Positions 17,072 to 24,757 of a stretch of 38,439 bases of DNA are shown piece by piece. Below the pieces are notes generated by a model that saw nothing but the letters and a program-made list of their open reading frames with translations, was not told the DNA's origin and did not search any database. The translations under genes and the position numbers were made by a program. Every line of letters begins with the position of its first letter. The stretch's first letter is position 1. Origin of the DNA: Bdellovibrionia bacterium (GTDB taxonomy: Bacteria; Bdellovibrionota; UBA1018); assembly GCA_045805065.1 (NCBI GenBank), contig JBJMMA010000226.1, forward strand, positions 1-38,439, given 5' to 3'.

Positions 17072-18732
17072 CAGTCGTCTCCGGACCAGGACGCGGTACC
17101 GTATTCCGTATCAACGAGGGCGAGAACACCCTTGGACGCCAGCTCGGCAACACGGTTGTTCTTCCATCGACTCAAGTTTCAAAGCGCCACTGCGTGCTCG
17201 TTGCAAGCAATGGCAAAGTTCTCGTCAAGGATCAGGGAAGCGCCAACGGCACCTTCGTCAACGGATCACTTGCCTTGAACAAGCAGATCAAATCCGGAGA
17301 CCGCATCGGGGTCGGAGAGTATATTCTCGAATTGACGGCCGCGTCTCCCGTCCTTCAGAGCAATAACGTGGCGCTTCAGAGCGATAACGTGGTTTCGCTT
17401 TCATCAAGACTTCCAGTTCCATCAGGAGCTCATTTGGATGCGGGTGTCGGACTATCAGCAGGGATGAACGATTTTGCCGCATCGACAAGCTCAGGACAGG
17501 GTCCTGAAGCCGCGCCAAAAGATCTCATCGGCAAGGCATTCTGGGCATTCGAAAACTACGTCATGCCGTACTTCTACGGCCTGAACCTCAAGAGCGAATG
17601 GCGAGTGATCTGCGGCGTGGTCTTTGCCGGCTTTGTCATCGTGAACCTTCTGGTCTCGGTGCAGCCGCTTCTGGATGGCAACACCCAGGTAATCATGCGA
17701 GAGTCGATGCGTCGCGCTTCATTCATGGCCAAGGTGATTGCTGAGAAAAACACGCCGATTCTGGCCAGTGGCAATGAGACCCGGGCTGAGATCGGACTTC
17801 CCGGTCACTCGGATGCTCGAGACACTTCGCCGGACGGGATCCTGCTTGCAGCCCTGACGGATCTGGATCTTCGCATCATCGCGCCCGCTCAGAGAATCAA
17901 TCAGTATCTGCTCTCGGGGCAAGAGGCTAAGCTTGCGAAAAAGGCGGCACATTTTTATCGTGAAGGAAAAGAAGGTGGCATTCAGGTCGTGGCAGGTGAG
18001 ACGGTCATTGCCGTTGAGCCCGTCAAGGTGGTTCACGGCGGAAAGAACGTCGTGGTCGCCATGGCCATCGTATCGCTGGATGTCTCCACAGCAGTGATGG
18101 GAATGGGCGAAGTGGGCCTGATCTATTCACAAGTTCTGATTCTGACCGCGCTCGTTGGAATGCTCGCTCTGTTCATCATGTATCGCATGACATTGAAGCC
18201 TCTCCAGATTCTTGGCGAGGATATGGACAAAGCACTCAAGGGCGAGATCACGCAGGTCACGCATGAGTTCAAGTGCGAAGAGCTGAATCCGCTCTGGGAT
18301 CTGATCAATTCAGCGATTCAGCGTATCCCACGCGGCTCAAGTTCCGAATTGTCTGCTGCAGCCGAACAGGAAGCCAGTCCAGAGCAGTTTGTTGCTCCGA
18401 TTCAGGCCACGGCAGAGGCAACAGGAGCCGCGGTTGCGGTCTGCGGCCCGGATCGCCGTGTTCTCTTTGTCAGCAGTGCTTTTGAGAGAGTGACAGGGAT
18501 TCGCGCGGATTCGGCAGTTGGCCAGGAGTTCAGCAACCTGGGCACGGATCAATCGACGGGAGCTATGGTGCAAGAGCTCTTTGATCGAGTGACGCCAGGC
18601 GGAGAGGCCGTCACTGATGACAAAGAGTTCAGCGGGGTTCAGTACCAGTTATTTGCAGCGGGATTTGGCACGCCAACTGACAGTGCCCCTCGCGCATACG
18701 TTTTGACGGTAGTTTCAAAGGGAGAGTCATAA
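17059..18732 (+). CDS. FHA - TM - periplasmic domain - TM - HAMP-like - PAS-like membrane protein
   Basis: FHA motifs LGR, VSKRH, SANGTFVNG; two hydrophobic helices; post-TM TLKPLQIL...ELNPL; PAS-like GPDRRVLFVSSAFERVTGIRADSAVGQ. Confidence 0.85.
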   Translation: MYRLTVVSGPGRGTVFRINEGENTLGRQLGNTVVLPSTQVSKRHCVLVASNGKVLVKDQGSANGTFVNGSLALNKQIKSGDRIGVGEYILELTAASPVLQSNNVALQSDNVVSLSSRLPVPSGAHLDAGVGLSAGMNDFAASTSSGQGPEAAPKDLIGKAFWAFENYVMPYFYGLNLKSEWRVICGVVFAGFVIVNLLVSVQPLLDGNTQVIMRESMRRASFMAKVIAEKNTPILASGNETRAEIGLPGHSDARDTSPDGILLAALTDLDLRIIAPAQRINQYLLSGQEAKLAKKAAHFYREGKEGGIQVVAGETVIAVEPVKVVHGGKNVVVAMAIVSLDVSTAVMGMGEVGLIYSQVLILTALVGMLALFIMYRMTLKPLQILGEDMDKALKGEITQVTHEFKCEELNPLWDLINSAIQRIPRGSSSELSAAAEQEASPEQFVAPIQATAEATGAAVAVCGPDRRVLFVSSAFERVTGIRADSAVGQEFSNLGTDQSTGAMVQELFDRVTPGGEAVTDDKEFSGVQYQLFAAGFGTPTDSAPRAYVLTVVSKGES

Positions 18733-18753
18733 AAAAGGAATTGATGAAATAAT

Positions 18754-19806
18754 ATGGGAGCGGCCTTGAAGTTCAAACAAGCGCAAGTGCCTCGGCAGCA
18801 GGGTGAACAAGCCCGGCTGAAAGTAATCCGAGGACCAGATTCCGGGGCGATTTTCATCGTCCAAGGAACTCGTGCGTCGATTGGCCGTGGTGACGAAAAC
18901 GATATCGTTCTCACGGATCTCAAAACTTCTCGCCAGCACGCTGAACTTATCATGACCGCAACCGGATGGTCGGTTAGGGACCTGGGAAGCGCAAACGGGA
19001 TTTCCTGCAATGGCCAGGCAACTCGCGCAAGCGCCCTCCAGACCAAGGATACGTTCGGACTTGGAGAGACTCTTTTTGAATTCATGACCCAGGATGTTGC
19101 AACGGTTGTTCTTCAATCGCCTGCACCATCCGAAAAACAAGTGAAAGCAGAACAGGCGGAGCTTGCCGCTCAACGGGCAAAAATCGTCGCGATGAGCAAG
19201 TTTGGCGGACTCGCAAAGAATCAGCCAAAAACGGATGGTCTTCCTCCGGTCGAGCGTCGTGTTTCTACTCCGGCAGCTCCTGCTGCGAAAAAAGAATCTG
19301 ATCCAAAAAAACTCATCATTATCCTGGTCGCTTTGGCGGGAGCCTATTTCCTGATGGATGGTCCGGTTAAAACCAAGATGACTAAAAAGCGTCTGGCAAA
19401 GCAGACCAAGCAGGATGAGGTCATCAACAACGACGCGGATGATGAGAATGTTCAGATCGAGAAGACCGCGGAGATGTTCTACTCCGAAGGTTTCCGTGAG
19501 TACAATCGCGGTAATTATCTTCGCGCCCGCTCTCAGTTTGAAACCGTGCTTCAGATGATGCCGACCCATGTCATGGCAAAGCGCTATCTCGAGAACGCAA
19601 ACAAAGCGATCGAGGATGCTGTTCGCCTGGCGCTGTACACGGGACGCCGCGCCGAGTGCTCTGGAAAGATTCGCATGGCTAAAGGCCAGTACGAGCATGT
19701 TTTGCGACTTCTTTTCCGGGACCAAACCAATCCAGCTTACTTGCAAGCCAAGGATCACCTGGAGCAACTGGGTAGCAAAAAATCGAGAGGGGAGTGTAAG
19801 GGCTGA
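18754..19806 (+). CDS. FHA - TM - TPR-like bitopic membrane protein
   Basis: IGR, TSRQH, SANG FHA motifs; TM LIIILVALAGAYFLM; TPR-like FYSEGFREYNRGNYLRARSQFETVL. Confidence 0.88.
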   Translation: MGAALKFKQAQVPRQQGEQARLKVIRGPDSGAIFIVQGTRASIGRGDENDIVLTDLKTSRQHAELIMTATGWSVRDLGSANGISCNGQATRASALQTKDTFGLGETLFEFMTQDVATVVLQSPAPSEKQVKAEQAELAAQRAKIVAMSKFGGLAKNQPKTDGLPPVERRVSTPAAPAAKKESDPKKLIIILVALAGAYFLMDGPVKTKMTKKRLAKQTKQDEVINNDADDENVQIEKTAEMFYSEGFREYNRGNYLRARSQFETVLQMMPTHVMAKRYLENANKAIEDAVRLALYTGRRAECSGKIRMAKGQYEHVLRLLFRDQTNPAYLQAKDHLEQLGSKKSRGECKG

Positions 19807-22205
19807 TGAGCGCTGCACCTATTCTCACGATTTTAAAGGATGGTGAAACGGTCCGCTCCGTGCCGATCGAGGGTGACTCCTTGCTCGGTCGCGACGAGGG
19901 CTGCGTGATCCGTCTTGAGGACCGCATGATCTCGCGCCAGCACGCGCTTTTCAGAAGAAAGGGCGATGAGATTCAGGTCGAGAAGAAAAGCGAATTTGCT
20001 CCGCTCCTTGTGAATGGCTCAGATTGCACTCAGGCTGTTCTGAAGGAAGGCGATGTCATCGCAATCGGCCCGTATCTCATGAAGCTTTCGCTCGGTAAGC
20101 AGCAGTCCGCGCCGCAATCGGTTGCGACTCCTTCGATTCCTGAGGCCATTCCTGAGGCAGCACTGGATGTTGCGGCTCCAGGAATCTCGCTTATTGAGTC
20201 TAATGATGCCAATGCGAGCGCTCAGCCGCTTTCCTTGGAAGCACCGGCGCTCGATTCCCCTCAGGATCTTGAAGCTCTTCCAGATCTTCAGCCGATGTCC
20301 GAATCGGATTCTCCTGCTCAAAACGGTTTGAGTCTTGAACCTCCGTCCACGGATTCGTCCGAAGGAGTAGTTTCGCTCGAGCCTGTGACGGACTCAGTCC
20401 AGAGCGAGGTCTCTGAATCCTCACAGTCTGAGTCTTCCGAAAACGGCGGCTTCTCTCTTCAGCCGCCTGCCGCAGTCGATAGCCTTGAAGATCCAACGCG
20501 GATTGTTTCGACAAGCGGTCCTCAGTTCAGGCTTTTCTTTAAAGCAGGCGATGCGAACGTTCTCGAGTACCAGATTCAGAAAGATGAGATCTTCATCGGT
20601 CGCGGAAAAGACTGTGACGTCGTTCTGACCGACAAGAAGGTATCCAGGAAAAATACTCTGATTTTCCGCTCCGGAAATCTGATTTCTGTCAAAGACCTGG
20701 GCTCCGTGAACGGAACCTACGTGAACGGCAAGAAGGTCACTGAGGTCGTTCTCTCGGGCGGCGATAAGATCAGGATCGGTGAAGCGGAGTTTGAGTTCCG
20801 AGCCGATCAGCCTGGATATTCCGAGCAAGAAAAGGATTTCCTGGCGGTTCCGCCAATGCCTGAAAGCGCAGGCCCGGTTGAGCTTCCTCCATTCCAGATG
20901 GATGGGGATGTAATGCCGATGCTGGGAGTTGCGGCAGATGGCGTGATGGCGGCCCCGCCTCTGATGGCGCCAGAAATAGCAGCGACCGATCCTGACGCAG
21001 GCATTGCGGGGATTGCGGGAATCGCTGGGGCCTCCGCTGGCAAGAAAAAAGGCCTGATGGAGAAGTTCCGTGCGCTTCCAAAACAACGCCAATGGATCGT
21101 CATTGGTCTTGTGATCGCGTTTGGATATTTCTTCCTTCTCGACGAGGATGATCAAGTTCAGGCTCCAGGCCAGAAACAGGGACAAGTTAAAAAAGGCGCA
21201 AAGAGCAAGAAGAAGGGCGCTAATGGCGAAACTGCTGAAAAAGAAGAACGCATGGCTCGCCCTTTCTCGGCTCTGAGCAAGGAAAAGCAGCAATTTGTCC
21301 GGACTCAGCACAAGCTTGCTTTCGAGTACTTCCAGCACCAGGATTTTGCCAATGCGCTGGCAGCGATCAAACCGATCTTTGAGTATGTGGATGACTTCGA
21401 GGATTCCCGCGAAATCATGCGGTATGCCGAGGACGGTATCCGTCAGATGAAGATCATTGCCGAGGAAAAGGCCAAGAAAGAAGCTGAAGAAGCCAAGGCT
21501 CGCAAGATCACCGAGCTGCTCAATAAGGCTCGCGAGCTGATGAATAAGAAGAAGTACGCTGATGCCTCTTCGATCTTTAACGATATTATCGTGATTGATC
21601 CCGAAAATGCCCAGGTTGCCCAATGGCAGGCCAAGATCCGCGAATACGAAGAGGATCAGAGAATTGAGGCGCAAAAGAAGCAGGTCCAAGTCGAGATCAA
21701 TGGTCAAGCTTGGGCTGTCTATAAAGAAGGCGTTGTGCTTCATCGAGAAGGCAAGCTGCGCAAGGCTTTAGCGGTGTTTGCGAAGGTGAAAGAGATTGGC
21801 GCAGTCGATGCGCGCCCTGCGCGTCTGGCCAGTGAGCAGATCAAGAGCATTCACGACGAGATTCAGACTCAGCTTGAGCCGATCTTAAAAGAAGGAAAAG
21901 AGAAAGAAGACTCGCAGGACTTTGTCACTGCGATGGCCTCTTACAATAAGGCACTCTCCATTGAGCCAGGCTCAGTAGACGCCAGCCAGGGCTTTAATCG
22001 TGTAAAAACGATTCTCAATGAGCGGGCTAAGGCTCTTTATACCGAAGCGGTCCTGGCTGAAAGCTACAGCGACTTTGCGACGGCAAAGAAGAAATTCCAG
22101 CAATGCTCTGAGATGGCGCCTCAAGACAGCGTTTATCGTGAGCGAGCGACGCGCAAGCTGGCCCGGTATTTCAAATCGGATGAAATGGCGCCTTCGGGCA
22201 TGTAG
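19806..22205 (+). CDS. Double FHA - TM - TPR/coiled-coil membrane protein
   Basis: FHA1 (LGR, ISRQH), acidic Ser/Pro linker, FHA2 (IGR, VSRKN, SVNGTYVNG), TM WIVIGLVIAFGYFFLL, TPR-like repeats (IIVIDPEN, ALSIEPGS). Confidence 0.88.
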   Translation: MSAAPILTILKDGETVRSVPIEGDSLLGRDEGCVIRLEDRMISRQHALFRRKGDEIQVEKKSEFAPLLVNGSDCTQAVLKEGDVIAIGPYLMKLSLGKQQSAPQSVATPSIPEAIPEAALDVAAPGISLIESNDANASAQPLSLEAPALDSPQDLEALPDLQPMSESDSPAQNGLSLEPPSTDSSEGVVSLEPVTDSVQSEVSESSQSESSENGGFSLQPPAAVDSLEDPTRIVSTSGPQFRLFFKAGDANVLEYQIQKDEIFIGRGKDCDVVLTDKKVSRKNTLIFRSGNLISVKDLGSVNGTYVNGKKVTEVVLSGGDKIRIGEAEFEFRADQPGYSEQEKDFLAVPPMPESAGPVELPPFQMDGDVMPMLGVAADGVMAAPPLMAPEIAATDPDAGIAGIAGIAGASAGKKKGLMEKFRALPKQRQWIVIGLVIAFGYFFLLDEDDQVQAPGQKQGQVKKGAKSKKKGANGETAEKEERMARPFSALSKEKQQFVRTQHKLAFEYFQHQDFANALAAIKPIFEYVDDFEDSREIMRYAEDGIRQMKIIAEEKAKKEAEEAKARKITELLNKARELMNKKKYADASSIFNDIIVIDPENAQVAQWQAKIREYEEDQRIEAQKKQVQVEINGQAWAVYKEGVVLHREGKLRKALAVFAKVKEIGAVDARPARLASEQIKSIHDEIQTQLEPILKEGKEKEDSQDFVTAMASYNKALSIEPGSVDASQGFNRVKTILNERAKALYTEAVLAESYSDFATAKKKFQQCSEMAPQDSVYRERATRKLARYFKSDEMAPSGM

Positions 22206-22215
22206 GATGATACCA

Positions 22216-22980
22216 ATGAGCGAAAATCACGAACTCAAAGTCCAAGCCAGCGCCACCTTCCTTCATGCGGGAGCTCGTCCGGATCAGGAAGACCATGCTC
22301 TGATCCTGGAAGATAAGCGGATTTTTGTCGTTGCGGATGGTTTCGGAGGTCCAGTGCCAGGAGCACAAGCCTCTCAGACCGCCTGTGATGCGGTGAGAAA
22401 CTTTCTCTTCAAGGAAGCGGGCGATCTGGATGCGACTCTTCCGTTTGAGCTCAGATCCTATTTTTCGCTCGCAGGCAACGTGCTCTTCAATGCCTTAGTG
22501 CATGCGAACAAGAAGGTTAAAAAACTCAACAAGGGCAAAGACGTTCATGAGAAGGGCGGCGCTTCGGTGCTCGCTGGCTTTATGGATGGGGACCTGCTGG
22601 CGATTGCAAGCGTAGGTGCGTGCTCGGCCTGGTTGTTCCGTGAGGGAGAAGCCCGCGAGCTTGTGATGCCTCGGACTTACGCGCGCCTGGTTGATCCTTT
22701 TCATCCTGATCACCACGCTGATTTTCAGGTGCCTCTCATGGCCATGGGAATCTCTGATGATCTTGAGCCAGAGATTTTTGAGTATCGGATGAAGCCAGGC
22801 GATTGGCTTTTGTTTCAGACCGACGGTTTGACATCCGCAGCTCGTGAAACGATTGCAACTCTTCAGACATTAGGAATTTCTTCCGGCCGTCCTCCACGCG
22901 AGGCGATCATTGAAGCTCTAGAGATGCTCAGGCAGGGAAGTTATCTGGATAATGCCGCGGCTTCGATTGTGATTTTTTAG
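22216..22980 (+). CDS. PP2C/PPM-family Ser/Thr phosphatase-like protein (start re-called; 22207 also possible)
   Basis: RPDQEDH, VVADGFGG, TDGL and LDN motifs; GDSR replaced by GACS. Confidence 0.85.
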   Translation: MSENHELKVQASATFLHAGARPDQEDHALILEDKRIFVVADGFGGPVPGAQASQTACDAVRNFLFKEAGDLDATLPFELRSYFSLAGNVLFNALVHANKKVKKLNKGKDVHEKGGASVLAGFMDGDLLAIASVGACSAWLFREGEARELVMPRTYARLVDPFHPDHHADFQVPLMAMGISDDLEPEIFEYRMKPGDWLLFQTDGLTSAARETIATLQTLGISSGRPPREAIIEALEMLRQGSYLDNAAASIVIF

Positions 22981-22982
22981 TT

Positions 22983-23028
22983 CTTATACTCACGCGCGTA
23001 CAGGCTTATACTCACGCGCGTAGGCTTA
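22983..23028. repeat. Tandem 20-22 bp duplication with palindromic core
   Basis: CTTATACTCACGCGCGTACAGG, CTTATACTCACGCGCGTAGG, then CTTA; core ACGCGCGT is self-complementary. Confidence 0.9.
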
Positions 23029-23038
23029 CTTTATTCGC

Positions 23039-23229
23039 TGATTCAATCAGTGTCCGATTGCAGTGGCAGCGACTGAGGGATAGAAATTCTCCTATAGCGC
23101 ACCGCTTCTTCGCGCGAAGAAACGGTGCGGCAAAGTCCGCGAGTGAGTCTTTGGTCTGAAATTCAGTCGGTATTTAAGTCACGTTGGTATGCTAGTCCGA
23201 AAACCGGACCTGCATAAACTGAATGATCA
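23039..23229 (+). ncRNA. Candidate structured non-coding RNA of unknown family
   Basis: Nested stems 23047-51/23218-22, 23054-58/23183-87, 23063-67/23178-82, 23070-77/23162-69 and hairpins 23098-23129, 23131-23153, 23188-23216; G-U pairs favour the plus strand. Confidence 0.4.
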
Positions 23230-24642
23230 TCCGGGGATGATCGATGACAAAGCTAAGAACTTAGGCTCCGTCATCTCATCCATCGCGTAGCGTACGCCTT
23301 CGCGTCCCTGGCCACTGTCTTTGACGCCGCCATAAGGCTGATGATCATAACGAGTGGTAGGAACATCGTTCACAACAAGCCCGCCCACGTTGAGCTCGCG
23401 ATAAAGCTTCTCAATCGTTGGCCAGTGCTGAGTGAAAACGCCGGCCTGAAGCCCATAATGACCGCTGTTCATGACGGCAATCATCTGATCCAGCGCTTTA
23501 TAAGAGCCAAGTGTCATGATCGGTCCGAAGATCTCTTCCTGAACCAGTGAGGAGGAGTAGCTTTGAGCATTTGGCAAAGTCACAAGAGTTGGAGGCACAA
23601 CCAGGCCACCGTTTCCAACGGCTACGGGCTTCCGAGACTGGATTTGCTCGGCGCCAACAGGAGTGTTTCCAAGCTCCTTTTGAATTCTTTGCGCTGCCGC
23701 AAGATTGATCACGGGACCTGAGACGACGTCAGGGTTGGAAGGATCTCCAAAGGCAATGTTTTCCGTCACTTCTACCAGAGCCTTCTCAAGCGCACCCACC
23801 AGCGACATTGGTGCCACAACGTTTTGTACGGAGATACAGGATTGACCTGCGTATCCAAACGCGCCACCTGCAATTCTCTTTGCAATCGCGGGAAGGTCAG
23901 ACTGAGCAACATCATCCATCACGATGGCCCAGGCATTACCACCGAGTTCCAGTGTAACGGGTTTATCGACCGCTTGGGCGCGAATGAGCTTCCCGACGCG
24001 GGCAGAGCCAGTAAATGAGACCATCTTGATCTCAGCTGCACGTGTGAGCGCCGCGGTCGCTTCATCGTCTGCCAGAACAACCTGAACAAGACCCTGAGGT
24101 GCTCCGGCTTCGGCAAAGAGCTCAGCAAAGCGCAAAGCCGTGAGCGGCGTCGCGGGAGATGGCTTAATCAGTATGGAGCATCCCGCAGCCACAGCAGGTG
24201 CTACTTTATGAGCGGTAAGATTCAGCGGAAAATTAAAAGGCGTAATGCCCAGAATCGGGCCGCGTGGGAATCGTCCAGCGATTCCAAATCCGGGGCGGCC
24301 TCCTGCGGTTGTATCGATTCTTAAAAGTTCGCCAGAGAAACGCTGAGCTTCGGCGGCAGCCCATTGCAAGACACCTAAGCAACGCTCGACTTCAACGCGT
24401 GCGTAGCGGATGGGTTTTCCTGCCTCGTCCTGGATCAAACGAGCAAACGTATCTTGTTGCTTAAGAAGCCTTGCAGCGACGTCGGATAAAACGCGTGCGC
24501 GCTCATGACTGGAAGAATTGCGCCAGGTCTGGAACGCCGAAACTGAGCGATCTAAAGCGGAGCGAACTTCATCAGTGGATGCAAAAGAGAGAGTGTCAAT
24601 CGCTGCGCCGGAAAAAGGATTCTTAACAACCAGTTGCTTCAT
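23227..24642 (-). CDS. NAD(P)-dependent aldehyde dehydrogenase
   Basis: ITPFNFP, KPSPATP, FTGS, TLELGGN, GQSCISVQ, EEIFGP, PYGGVKDSGQGREG. Confidence 0.96.
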   Translation of the reverse strand: MKQLVVKNPFSGAAIDTLSFASTDEVRSALDRSVSAFQTWRNSSSHERARVLSDVAARLLKQQDTFARLIQDEAGKPIRYARVEVERCLGVLQWAAAEAQRFSGELLRIDTTAGGRPGFGIAGRFPRGPILGITPFNFPLNLTAHKVAPAVAAGCSILIKPSPATPLTALRFAELFAEAGAPQGLVQVVLADDEATAALTRAAEIKMVSFTGSARVGKLIRAQAVDKPVTLELGGNAWAIVMDDVAQSDLPAIAKRIAGGAFGYAGQSCISVQNVVAPMSLVGALEKALVEVTENIAFGDPSNPDVVSGPVINLAAAQRIQKELGNTPVGAEQIQSRKPVAVGNGGLVVPPTLVTLPNAQSYSSSLVQEEIFGPIMTLGSYKALDQMIAVMNSGHYGLQAGVFTQHWPTIEKLYRELNVGGLVVNDVPTTRYDHQPYGGVKDSGQGREGVRYAMDEMTEPKFLALSSIIPG

Positions 24643-24725
24643 AGTCTTGATCTCCAGTCTGTTTGAGACGGGGCTTTAAAACTTCAACAACAAGGCAAAA
24701 TCAGGACCGGCTCAGAGCGGCAGAT

Positions 24726-24755
24726 AAAAAAAGGGACCCTTTCGGGCCCCTTTTT
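24726..24755 (-). terminator. Intrinsic terminator after lpdA
   Basis: Minus strand GGGGCCC-GAAA-GGGTCCC followed by seven U. Confidence 0.9.
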
Positions 24756-24757
24756 GA

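Noticed and set aside
22018..22206. N-terminal extension of the PP2C ORF
   Set aside because: Overlaps the end of the 799-aa FHA gene in another frame; PP2C similarity starts after 22216
23066..23199. Resemblance to group I intron P7 (GCGACTG/TAGTCC), RNase P (AAAGTCC), SRP (CAGGTCCGG on the minus strand) or c-di-GMP-I riboswitch (GGCAAA)
   Set aside because: Only isolated short matches; the other required conserved elements, lengths and gene contexts are missing
23125..23217. Small plus-strand ORF (GTG...VSLWSEIQSVFKSRWYASPKTGPA)
   Set aside because: At most 30 codons, no clear RBS and no recognisable motif; not excluded without Ribo-seq
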